A stretch of DNA of 32,000 nucleotides from Halalkalibacterium halodurans (GCF_004376175.1 NZ_SNUY01000012.1:1-32000); one strand, 5' to 3'. Positions 10,344-18,532 are shown, counted from the stretch's first letter. A program made the numbers and translations. Notes: generated by a model not told the origin, from the letters alone.

Positions 10344-11627
10344 ATGAATTATACTCAAAATCACAAAATCTCGCAAATCACACCATCAACACTCATTATT
10401 GGCATTGATATTGCCAAAGACAAACATGTCGCACGTGCTCAAGATGATCGTGGATTAGACTTTGGAAAGCGTTTGATCTTTGAAAATCGAATCTTTGGCT
10501 TTGAAGCCCTCGTTGAGTGGGTAAAGCAACACCAAGAAAAACACAAGAAGAATCACGTCATTTTTGGCGTAGAACCAACAGGACATTATTGGAAGAGTCT
10601 TGCTTACTATCTAACGGCAAAAGGTTACGACTTTGTCGTCGTGAACCCAATGCACGTTAAGAAAAGTAAAGAACTTGATGACAATTCTCCAACGAAAAAC
10701 GATACGAAAGACGCAAAAGTGATCGCCCAGTTAATCAAAGATGGGCGATACTCTGTACCAAACCTCTTAGATGGCATATATGCGGAACTAAGAGAATGCG
10801 TAAAAATTCGAGATCAGCTTACTGAACAATTAATGATCACAGAAGGTCGCATTCAAAATGTGATTCAACGCTACTTTCCAGAGTTTTTCGATGTGTTTGG
10901 AGATTGGGAAGGCAAAGCCGCTCTCTGTACCCTAAAGCTGTTTCCGTTCCCCTCTGATATTCATAAAAAGACACCAGAGAGGGTTCTTCAAGAATGGAAA
11001 CCGTATGTCCAACGAGGAGTTGGCATTAAGCGCGCAACGAAGCTTGTAGAAACAGCCAAAAAGAGCATTGGAATTGAAGTAGGCTTGAAATTTGCCAAGT
11101 GTGAACTGAAGAATCTTATTGAGCAGTATGAGCTTTTTAAGCGGCAATTAGAAGAGTTGGATCAGGAATTAGAAGCCATCGTTGAAACATTACCTGGTGC
11201 CCAACAAATGATGAAAATTCCAGGCTTAGGGGCGGTGACTGTTGGATTATTCTTTGCGGAAGTTGGGGACATTTCAAAGTACTCTCATCCTCAACAATTA
11301 GTGAACTTAGCAGGGCTATCATTACGTGAGCACAGTTCAGGTAAATTTAAAGGGCAAACAAGGATTACAAAGCGAGGAAGGAAACGATTACGCCGAGCCT
11401 TATATTTAGCGATTCGTCCCCTTGTCGCCCATAATTCAACATTTAAAGCCCTGCATCACTATTACACCAAACGCCCTGAACGCCCTTTGAAAAAGCAACA
11501 ATCTTTGATTGCCTTGTGTTGTAAGTTACTACGTGTGTTGTTTGTCATTGGTCAAAAACAGTGTGAATTTGATGGTTCAAGATTAATAAAAGATATTCCT
11601 CAAATGGATGGATTACAGGCAGTGTAA
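10344..11627 (+). CDS. IS110-family DEDD (RuvC-like) transposase/recombinase with C-terminal Transposase_20 domain
   Basis: ATG 10344 has an AAGGAGG SD. Motifs present: IGIDIAKDKH, FGVEPTGHYW, KNDTKDAKVIAQL, and C-terminal IPGLGAVTVGLFFAEVGDISKY...LAGLSLREHSSGKFKGQTRITKRGRKRLRRALYLA. Confidence 0.9.
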   Translation: MNYTQNHKISQITPSTLIIGIDIAKDKHVARAQDDRGLDFGKRLIFENRIFGFEALVEWVKQHQEKHKKNHVIFGVEPTGHYWKSLAYYLTAKGYDFVVVNPMHVKKSKELDDNSPTKNDTKDAKVIAQLIKDGRYSVPNLLDGIYAELRECVKIRDQLTEQLMITEGRIQNVIQRYFPEFFDVFGDWEGKAALCTLKLFPFPSDIHKKTPERVLQEWKPYVQRGVGIKRATKLVETAKKSIGIEVGLKFAKCELKNLIEQYELFKRQLEELDQELEAIVETLPGAQQMMKIPGLGAVTVGLFFAEVGDISKYSHPQQLVNLAGLSLREHSSGKFKGQTRITKRGRKRLRRALYLAIRPLVAHNSTFKALHHYYTKRPERPLKKQQSLIALCCKLLRVLFVIGQKQCEFDGSRLIKDIPQMDGLQAV

Positions 11628-12021
11628 CCTTAGAAAGCAGATCACCCAAAGTGGCTTGACACGGAGCCTCTGCGGGCATGGCTCCTTGGCGAAGCGGCGA
11701 GTCATCCAATGATTCGCCCATGGCTAAGGAAGCCTACCATGCCCGCCACTCCATGTAAAGCCGTGCATCATCTGTATACTTACAAATAACAAACACCAAT
11801 AGTGCAGAGTCGGAGTTTATTTTCACCATACGGGCTTATGACCCAGCAAAGGAGCTTATCCGACCTCCACCTCATGGATACGCAGGACGAAGGAAGGTAT
11901 GGATACCAATCCGGAGAGACATGGGAGGGTTAGCGACCGTGAGTAGCGTGGAGATTTATAGGCACGGTCATACTACTCAATTACCAAACTATACCAGTTT
12001 GGACGTTAGGATGGATTATCC
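11628..12021 (+). ncRNA. candidate element-encoded structured RNA (possible bridge/seek-type guide RNA) in the IS110 3' tail
   Basis: No ORF of 60 aa or more on either strand. It contains several nested helices with + strand-specific G-U pairs, an 8-nt direct repeat ATGGATAC (11874-11881, 11899-11906), and hairpins 11935-11941/11963-11969 and 11984-11990/11996-12002. Function is inferred and the ends are unknown. Confidence 0.35.
11653..11762 (+). other. 110-nt rod-like imperfect hairpin directly 3' of the IS110 recombinase stop
   Basis: Helices: 11653-11666/11749-11762 (12 of 14 paired); 11672-11681/11737-11746 (10 Watson-Crick); 11684-11690/11723-11729 (7 bp, G11688-T11725 wobble); 11696-11705/11709-11718 (10 bp, G11701-T11713 wobble, CCA loop). 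On the opposite strand the wobbles become C-A mismatches. Confidence 0.6.
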
Positions 12022-12150
12022 CCTGTAAGAAATTTTAATTCGTTCTACTTCTATCCAGTAGTACTGGTGAGATTACTATTTGGTGTTAGTGAAATTTGGA
12101 GAATACACGAGTATTAGCGAGAAAATTAAACTTTATTGAGGGAGGAAGAA

Positions 12151-12584
12151 TTGGGGATGATTCGCCCTGCCACATTAGAGGATACAGAAAGCCTCATACC
12201 CTTAATGAAAGACTTAGGCTATCCGACAAAAAGAGAGCATCTGTATAAGCGACTAGAGAAGCTCCTTTCCCATCGTGATTATCATTTATGGCTCTATGTG
12301 AGAAAAGATTCATCTCCTATCGGGTTTTTCGGCTTCATCCATCAGCTCGCCTTCGAAAAAATGAATCATACGTTCGAATCGCAGCCTTGGCGGTCAATGC
12401 CAGTGAGCGAGGAAAAGGGACTGGTTCTAAACTTCTTCAAGCGGTAGAAGATAGGGCGATCAAGCATGACATTAGCACCATCGTCCTGAATAGCGGAAAT
12501 CGCCAGGAACGTCAAATAGCCAATCGGTTTTATGAAGCTGCGGGCTTCGTCCCGAAAGCAACGGGCTTTTATAAGCAGCTTTAA
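12151..12584 (+). pseudogene. GNAT-family N-acetyltransferase with a -1 frameshift in an A6 tract
   Basis: Two overlapping ORFs (12136-12447 and 12288-12584) together make one GNAT. The N-part is MIRPATLEDTESLIPLMKDLGY...PIGFFGFIHQLAFEK. The C-part is NESYVRIAALAVNASERGKGTGSKLLQAVE...RFYEAAGF. The frames switch at AAAAAA 12356-12361, and one extra A would give ..AFEKNESYVRI... The start is ATG 12157 or TTG 12151, after GAGGGAGG. Confidence 0.75.
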
Positions 12585-12588
12585 TGAC

Positions 12589-12620
12589 TTAAGCGCCGCC
12601 CATTACGGAACGGCGCTTAT
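12589..12620. terminator. bidirectional terminator hairpin between the convergent GNAT and DUF420 genes
   Basis: Stem AAGCGCCG/CGGCGCTT (12591-12598 with 12611-12618) with a 12-nt loop and T-rich sequence after it on the + strand. Confidence 0.55.
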
Positions 12621-12657
12621 TATCGTATCGTTCTTTTCAGATTCAAAACCTCTTGTT

Positions 12658-13215
12658 CTAATAGTAAGGAGAGATCATCAAATAAACTAATACACCTGTT
12701 AAACTTACGTATAGCCATAAAGGCATGGTCCAGCGGACGATTTTCCGATGTCGCTCATGCTCTTGGTTCCATGCTCGCGCCACGGCAGTTAACGCCAATG
12801 GGACAATCAAAGCGGCAAGGACGATGTGCGTAAACAAAATGAAGTAATAAATCCCCGCCATGATTCCTTCCCCACCATATGGGGTGGAAGGAGAAAGGTA
12901 ATGATAGGTCACATACGTGATTAAAAATAGCGATGTTGTAATAAACGCACTGTAAATGAACCGTTTATGAACAACAGCATTTCCTTTCTTAATGGCAATT
13001 AATGCAGCTAGTAAAAAAAGAAACGTAAAACTATTAAAGATAGCATTCATCATTGGTAAAATATGCACATTAAATGCATCGAAATCTTCCACTCCTGGCA
13101 GTCCAGCCAATACGGCGACAAGTCCGTTGATCACGATCGTTAAAATAATAATCATCGGCCGGTAATTTCGCTTTTTCACTGGTGCCTCGGACAGAACTTG
13201 TCCACTTTGCTTCAT
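12658..13215 (-). CDS. DUF420 membrane protein (CtaM/YozB-like, linked to aa3-type oxidase function)
   Basis: ORF 12658-13251. The likely start is ATG 13215 (MKQSGQ..) with an AAGGAGG SD. It has multiple TM segments and the DUF420-type pattern ..HKRFIY.....YGGEG...YYFILFTHIVLAA...HRKIVRWTMPLWLYVSLTGVLVY. Confidence 0.65.
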   Translation of the reverse strand: MKQSGQVLSEAPVKKRNYRPMIIILTIVINGLVAVLAGLPGVEDFDAFNVHILPMMNAIFNSFTFLFLLAALIAIKKGNAVVHKRFIYSAFITTSLFLITYVTYHYLSPSTPYGGEGIMAGIYYFILFTHIVLAALIVPLALTAVARAWNQEHERHRKIVRWTMPLWLYVSLTGVLVYLMISPYY

Positions 13216-13368
13216 GGAGCTTTCCTCCTTTGCTCTCTCGTCATTCTCCACCGTTCATTATACTACAAATGAAGGAATAGAGCTTAGCTGACCGTTTACA
13301 ATCTAATGAACGAAAAACGGATCTCTCCCCTTTTTTCCTGCTGGTGGGAAACTCCACTGTTTCATAAT

Positions 13369-13405
13369 TAAAAACAACCATCCCTTGCAGAGCAAGAGAT
13401 GGTTG
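13369..13405 (-). terminator. intrinsic terminator after ctaF
   Basis: Read on the - strand: 13-bp stem (13392-13404 with 13376-13388, one T-G wobble) and a 3-nt loop, followed by GTTTTT. Confidence 0.55.
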
Positions 13406-13415
13406 AAACAACAAA

Positions 13416-13760
13416 TTACCATTTCGTTACGCCTAATAAGAGCATGAGCGCAGCAATTGTTGGCACCGTAACAAAAATGCCGGTAATCATAAAGACGTTA
13501 GCCCAGCCATGATCTTTATCCTTCATGTGCATGAAGAATAACAATTGCAACGTGAATTGAATCAAAGCTAATAACAAGACGAACGGAATTGCAAATGTTC
13601 TTGGAACGACATCAGCGGCAACTGTTAGAAACGCAATGATCGTTAGGAAGATCATTAACGCAAAAACAATGAACTGTCTACGGATTTCCTTGCTCGCTTG
13701 ACGTTTCTCTTGTTGTGTCATTGCACTTTTCTCAAATGGTTGACTTAGATTATCTGCCAT
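13416..13760 (-). CDS. ctaF: cytochrome c oxidase (caa3) subunit IV
   Basis: 114-aa three-TM protein immediately after ctaE, with a GGAGG SD. Its position and size match ctaF. Confidence 0.8.
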   Translation of the reverse strand: MADNLSQPFEKSAMTQQEKRQASKEIRRQFIVFALMIFLTIIAFLTVAADVVPRTFAIPFVLLLALIQFTLQLLFFMHMKDKDHGWANVFMITGIFVTVPTIAALMLLLGVTKW

Positions 13761-13772
13761 ATGATCAACCTC

Positions 13773-14393
13773 CTAGCCTAGTACTCCCATGAGATAGACG
13801 ACCGTAAAGATGAATACCCAGACGACGTCGATGAAATGCCAGTACAAGCTTGCTACGTAAAATTTCGGTGCATTGGTTAGTGTAATGCCGGAACGGTTAT
13901 AACGGATCAACAACGTGATGATCCACGAAAGACCGAACGCAACGTGGGCTCCGTGCAAACCTACAAGAGAGTAGAAAGAAGATGCAAATGCACTTGTAGA
14001 GAAGCCAAGCTCATAATGGTGCACATACTCATAGAATTCATAAATCTCAAAGCCAAGGAATCCAAGGCCAAGTAATACTGTAATCCACATCCATAGTTTC
14101 ATGGCACCGAATTTATTTTTCTTCATGGCAGCCATCGCAATAACACTTGTCAAACTACTTGTTAAAAGTAGCATCGTCATAATGAAGACAAGAGGTAGTG
14201 CAAAGATATCCTGTGGTAATGGGCCATCCGCTGTTCCGCTACGAAGACCTAAATAGGTTCCGAAAAACGTGGCAAAAAGGATTGTCTCCCCACCGAGGAA
14301 GAACCAAAAGCCGAGAAACTTATTTTTTCCTTCAAGGGTTGCTCGCTCCGGATGAGAAGGTAGTCCTTTGGATGTATCAACATGTCCAGCCAT
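13773..14393 (-). CDS. ctaE: cytochrome c oxidase subunit III
   Basis: 206 aa with typical subunit III motifs: FWFFLGGE..LFATFF, GLHGAHVAFG, YWHFIDVVWVFIF. Confidence 0.9.
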   Translation of the reverse strand: MAGHVDTSKGLPSHPERATLEGKNKFLGFWFFLGGETILFATFFGTYLGLRSGTADGPLPQDIFALPLVFIMTMLLLTSSLTSVIAMAAMKKNKFGAMKLWMWITVLLGLGFLGFEIYEFYEYVHHYELGFSTSAFASSFYSLVGLHGAHVAFGLSWIITLLIRYNRSGITLTNAPKFYVASLYWHFIDVVWVFIFTVVYLMGVLG

Positions 14394-14394
14394 C

Positions 14395-16257
14395 TTAGTC
14401 TACCTCCTTTTTAATGTCTTCAACAGGAATGTAGTAGCCGTGATCTTCTTTCACTGAACGTGCAAGCATACTACCAAACGTAATGATGAAACCACCGATA
14501 CAGACAATCCACGGATTAATAATCGGGTTTTCCATTTCAAGCATGATCAAACCAAAAGCAGCAAAGAACAATCCGACAGAGATGAGTAACGGTAAAATTG
14601 AACCGTTCGGCATATGGATCGGTTGGATTGGTTCTGCTGGCTTCATCTTTCCATCCCCATGCACCTTCTCATAGAACCAAGGATCGAGAGAACGGACTTG
14701 CGGTGTTTGGGCAAAGTTGTACTCAGGTACAGGTGTTGGCGTTGCCCACTCAAGGGTACGAGCATCCCATGGATCGGCTACCGTTACACGCTCTCCTTTA
14801 TACGCAGAGTAGATGACATTAATGACAAGAATAATCACCCCTGCTGCCATTAAGAACGTTCCGAGCGTACTCACAAAGTTAAATTCATTTAAGCCTTGTC
14901 CGTCAAGGTATGTGTATACCCGGCGCGGCATTCCCATGAGTCCGAGTAAATGTTGAACGAAGAACGTCAAATGGAATCCGATGTAGAAAAGCCAGAAAAA
15001 GATTTTTCCTAAAGTTTCGTTCAGCTTGTGGCCAAACATTTTCGGATACCAATAGAACAGTCCTGCAAATAGGGACGATACGATACCACCGACAATAATG
15101 TAGTGGAAGTGGGCCACGACGAAATACGTATCGTGGTACAAATGGTCAACAGGCGCCATCGCAAGCATAACCCCAGTAACCCCACCAAGAACGAACGTTG
15201 GGACAAAGGAAGATGCAAACAGCATCGCTGTATTAAACGTAATCTTACCGCCCCACATCGTAAATAACCAGTTAAAGATTTTAATACCTGTCGGAACAGC
15301 AATCGTCATCGTTGCAATCGCAAAGATTGAGTTTGCTACCGGACCTAATCCAACCGTAAACATATGGTGGGCCCATACCATAAACCCGAGGAATGCGATA
15401 ATCATTGTAGCAAAGACCATCGCTGTGTAACCGAACAAACGTTTACGAGAGAATGCCGGAATAACCTCAGAAATAATTCCGAATGCTGGTAATACGAGAA
15501 TGTATACTTCAGGGTGACCAAAAATCCAGAAAATATGCTGCCACAGGATGACGTTACCGCCCATCTCTGGGATGAAAAACTGTCCATCAAAAAGACGGTC
15601 TAACATTAGTAACGCAAGTCCAGCGGCAAGTGGTGTAAACGCGAATAAAATAAGCGTTGACGAAATGAACGACGTCCATACGAATAAAGGCAAGCGCATC
15701 ATCGTCATACCAGGTGCACGCATGTTGACGATCGTTACCAAAAAGTTAATCGCTGAAATAAGTGTTCCAATCCCGCTCACCTGTAAGCCAAGGACATAGA
15801 AGTCTAAGCCAAGTCCAGCATAATCACGACTGGAGAGAGGAACATACGCGGTCCACCCTGCATCAGGTGCTCCGCCAAAAAACCAACTCAAGCTTAAAAG
15901 CAGTCCGCCTGAGAAGAAAATCCAAAACCCGAGGGCGTTAACGAACGGAAACGCCACATCACGAGCTCCAATTTGGAGTGGAATGACAAAGTTCATAAAC
16001 GCAAACAATAACGGTGTGGCCGCTAAAAAGAGCATGATCGTTCCATGCATCGTAATGAATTCGTTAAAGGTTTGACCGCTAATAAAATTCATTTGTGGAT
16101 ACATGAGCTGAATCCGCATAAATAGCGCCATAATCCCAGCTTTAACGAAGAATAGCGCGCCAGCGATCAAATACATGATGCCTAGCTTTTTATGGTCAAC
16201 GGTTGTTAGCCAATCCCATAATACGCTTTTTTCTTTCTTTTGCGTAGCCGTAGCCAA
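14395..16257 (-). CDS. ctaD: cytochrome c oxidase subunit I
   Basis: 620 aa starting at TTG with an AGGAGG SD. It has heme-copper oxidase motifs: WFFGHPEVYILVLPAFG, HHMFTVG, VAHFHY. Confidence 0.95.
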   Translation of the reverse strand: MATATQKKEKSVLWDWLTTVDHKKLGIMYLIAGALFFVKAGIMALFMRIQLMYPQMNFISGQTFNEFITMHGTIMLFLAATPLLFAFMNFVIPLQIGARDVAFPFVNALGFWIFFSGGLLLSLSWFFGGAPDAGWTAYVPLSSRDYAGLGLDFYVLGLQVSGIGTLISAINFLVTIVNMRAPGMTMMRLPLFVWTSFISSTLILFAFTPLAAGLALLMLDRLFDGQFFIPEMGGNVILWQHIFWIFGHPEVYILVLPAFGIISEVIPAFSRKRLFGYTAMVFATMIIAFLGFMVWAHHMFTVGLGPVANSIFAIATMTIAVPTGIKIFNWLFTMWGGKITFNTAMLFASSFVPTFVLGGVTGVMLAMAPVDHLYHDTYFVVAHFHYIIVGGIVSSLFAGLFYWYPKMFGHKLNETLGKIFFWLFYIGFHLTFFVQHLLGLMGMPRRVYTYLDGQGLNEFNFVSTLGTFLMAAGVIILVINVIYSAYKGERVTVADPWDARTLEWATPTPVPEYNFAQTPQVRSLDPWFYEKVHGDGKMKPAEPIQPIHMPNGSILPLLISVGLFFAAFGLIMLEMENPIINPWIVCIGGFIITFGSMLARSVKEDHGYYIPVEDIKKEVD

Positions 16258-16282
16258 TTAGGTCTACCTCCTTTAGTCCGGT

Positions 16283-17329
16283 TTACTCATCAAGCTCTCG
16301 AACAGATAGTGATCGCAAGTATGCGATTAATGCTTCCATTTCTTCATCAGTGACATCCGGGAATTCAGGCATGTCATTTCCTTGCTTTAATGCCTTCGGA
16401 TTACGAATCCATTCCTCTAGATTTTCGTCGTTGTTTTCAAGGAAATTGGCTATCGTTGTTCGATCTCCAAAGTTCGTTAGAGTTGGACCAGCTGCTGTTC
16501 CTGACCCGCCAACGGCGTGACAGCCGATACATCCTAGTCCGTCTGCTCCGAATAGTTCATAACCTTGCTGAACAAGGATATCGTCTGTATCCGGCTCTGC
16601 ATCCGCTTCCATCATTCCCTCTACCCACGCATCGTAGTCATCTCGTTCAAGGGCGATCACTTTAAAATCCATCAATCCGTGAGACGCTCCACAGAGCTCG
16701 GCACATTTCCCTTTATAAACGCCTGGTTCTGAAGCTTCCAGCCATAGATGATTTGTAATGCCTGGAATGTTATCGACCTTACCACCTAGAGCCGGTACCC
16801 AGAATGAGTGCATCACATCGGAAGCATGCAATTCGAAAATGACTTTCTCACCGACAGGTATGTACACATCGTTACCTGCAGTAAATCCATCTTCATAATC
16901 AAATTGCCACCAGAATTGGTGTCCTGTAACCGTAATCGTCACCGTTTCTTCCTCAACTTCCGGATCTGGTTCTACATCCGCAAGCATGAACGTACCTATA
17001 ATCGTCGGTACGGCCAAAATCGTTAATAAAATAATCGGAATTACGGTCCAAGTAATCTCCAAAGCTGTGTTTCCATGCACTTGCTTCGGAAGTTCATCAT
17101 CCCCTGGTTTGCGACGAAACCTAGCTAAGATGATAAAAAAGATTGCAAAGACAACAATGCTGACAAACGCCATCACATAAAGTGATAGAAGCATGTTATC
17201 AAATAGCCATTCTGCCTGCGGTCCTTGTGGATCGAGCGCAGTCAGGTTTGTTTCTCCCATACACCCTGCTAAAAACAGGACCACGAGTGATAAAGGAAGA
17301 AAGCGCAACGCTGTTTTCCAAAGTTTCAT
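16283..17329 (-). CDS. ctaC: cytochrome c oxidase subunit II with fused C-terminal cytochrome c domain (caa3 type)
   Basis: Lipobox LAGC in the signal peptide, CuA site CAELCGASHGLM, and C-terminal heme c motif CIGCH. Confidence 0.95.
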   Translation of the reverse strand: MKLWKTALRFLPLSLVVLFLAGCMGETNLTALDPQGPQAEWLFDNMLLSLYVMAFVSIVVFAIFFIILARFRRKPGDDELPKQVHGNTALEITWTVIPIILLTILAVPTIIGTFMLADVEPDPEVEEETVTITVTGHQFWWQFDYEDGFTAGNDVYIPVGEKVIFELHASDVMHSFWVPALGGKVDNIPGITNHLWLEASEPGVYKGKCAELCGASHGLMDFKVIALERDDYDAWVEGMMEADAEPDTDDILVQQGYELFGADGLGCIGCHAVGGSGTAAGPTLTNFGDRTTIANFLENNDENLEEWIRNPKALKQGNDMPEFPDVTDEEMEALIAYLRSLSVRELDE

Positions 17330-17405
17330 CTAACCATCAAACCTCACTTTCTCCTTGTAGCTAAGCACTACAATTGTGAAATTTTATATTATAGCCGTCA
17401 TCCAT

Positions 17406-18344
17406 TTATAAATGGACAACGACCATAAGAACAAAAAGAATCGTTAAATAATTTAACGAATACACGAACATGAGACGTGCCCATTTCACGTCATCCTTCA
17501 TCTTAAATCCAGCGATACCGAGTGCTAACCAGCCAACCCCTAAGATGGCAGCAACCGTAGTATAAATGATGCCGAATGGATAGAGCATCAATGAAACGAT
17601 GGTCAGTGCCACGACGTAGATCACCATTTGTCGCTTTGTCATCTCAAAGCCAGCAACAACAGGTAACATCGGGATTCCTGCTCTTCGATATTCCTCCACA
17701 CGTTTCATGGCAAGCGCTAAAAAATGAGGTGGCTGCCAAAAAAACATAATGAAAAACATCAACCATGCATAGGAATGCAAGCTCCCATCTATGGCTGACC
17801 AACCAATTAATGGAGGCACTGCTCCAGAAATACTACCGACAATGGTGTTGAGCGTCGTTGTTCGCTTCGTCCACATGGAATAGAGCACAACATAAACGAA
17901 CAAACCGATGAATCCGATCACAGCAGCGACAGGCGTCGTTAACAGCAAGAAAAAGATCCCAGCTGCCGATTGCACAAATCCCGTCCATAAAATGTGCTGT
18001 CCGCTAAACCGTCCTGTTACAGACGGACGATCCTTCGTTCGTTCCATTAAATGATCGATGTCCCGATCAATGTAATTGTTTAACGTACAACCACCAGCCA
18101 TCACTAGGGCTGCCCCGACCATTGTCCATACGATCGTCAAGAAATAGTCAGATAAGCTGACACCAATGTATGTTGCAGCCAGAAACAATCCAGCAAAGGT
18201 TGTGATAAGATTCGATGTCACAATCCCCGTTTTAGCCAATGTCAAATAATCTTTCCAAGACTTTTGCTGCACTACCGTCGATGATGCATTCGCTTCAGCT
18301 TCTATTACATCCGCAGCCTCAATGGCCGTATCCGGCTTATTCAT
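17406..18344 (-). CDS. ctaB: heme O synthase (protoheme IX farnesyltransferase)
   Basis: ORF 17406-18347. The likely ATG is 18344, after GGGGGTG. It is a polytopic UbiA-family protein with [18 protein letters not shown]. Confidence 0.9.
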
Positions 18345-18532
18345 CAAACTTTCACCCCCTTTTAACCGTCACCCCAACAAACGAAAAAAGCCAAAACAAG
18401 CAGGCGAACTTTTTCCACCTTATTATGACACAAACACATTATATCTCAAAATCTATCTCGTTTCATCAAAATCCTAAGGTTCACAGGATCTTCACATTTA
18501 GAAACCTCCATTATTTGTTCACTGTTACGAAA

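Larger units (their letters stand above)
10234..12021 (+). mobile_element. IS110-family insertion sequence (boundaries provisional)
   Basis: It contains an intact IS110-type recombinase gene and has no terminal inverted repeats, as expected for the family. The provisional ends come from the imperfect direct repeat CCTGTAA(TGAA)GAAATTT at 10227-10244 and 12022-12035. The element must lie between the YtvI-like stop (10218) and the GNAT start (12151). Confidence 0.55.

Noticed and set aside
11656-11661. TTGACA hexamer in the IS110 tail as a possible dedicated promoter for the tail RNA.
   Set aside because: No acceptable -10 element lies 16-19 nt downstream (TGGCTC). The hexamer is part of the outer helix of the rod. 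The tail is more likely co-transcribed with the recombinase gene.
11935-11969. Hairpin GACCGTG...CACGGTC considered as a group II intron domain V, and the whole 11800-11980 stretch as an intron or riboswitch remnant.
   Set aside because: The loop is 21 nt rather than a GNRA tetraloop. There is no AGC triad or 2-nt bulge geometry, no GUGYG 5' end and no RT ORF nearby. I recognised no riboswitch core motifs.
12091-12098. GAAATTTG 8-mer identical to 10238-10245, considered as an alternative target duplication or right junction of the IS110 element.
   Set aside because: An AT-rich 8-mer match between these flanks is plausible by chance. IS110-family elements do not make 8-bp duplications. The 14-of-18 collinear repeat at 12022-12035 is the better junction candidate. 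It stays an alternative until an empty site is seen.
12288-12584. ORF 12288-12584 as an independent 98-aa gene.
   Set aside because: Its first ~23 residues are out-of-frame translation of the GNAT N-terminal half. The GNAT fold is complete only when the two frames are joined at the A6 tract.
14483-15799. Several 60-93 aa ORFs inside or antisense to ctaD. Similar ORFs lie inside ctaC, ctaA, the rhb genes, pyc, metY and the CAP-domain gene (e.g. 14483-14674, 15021-15302, 16390-16665, 19175-19547, 27166-27394, 31331-31750).
   Set aside because: All are nested in, or antisense to, long ORFs with unambiguous family signatures. They lack SD sequences and have odd composition, so they are shadow ORFs.
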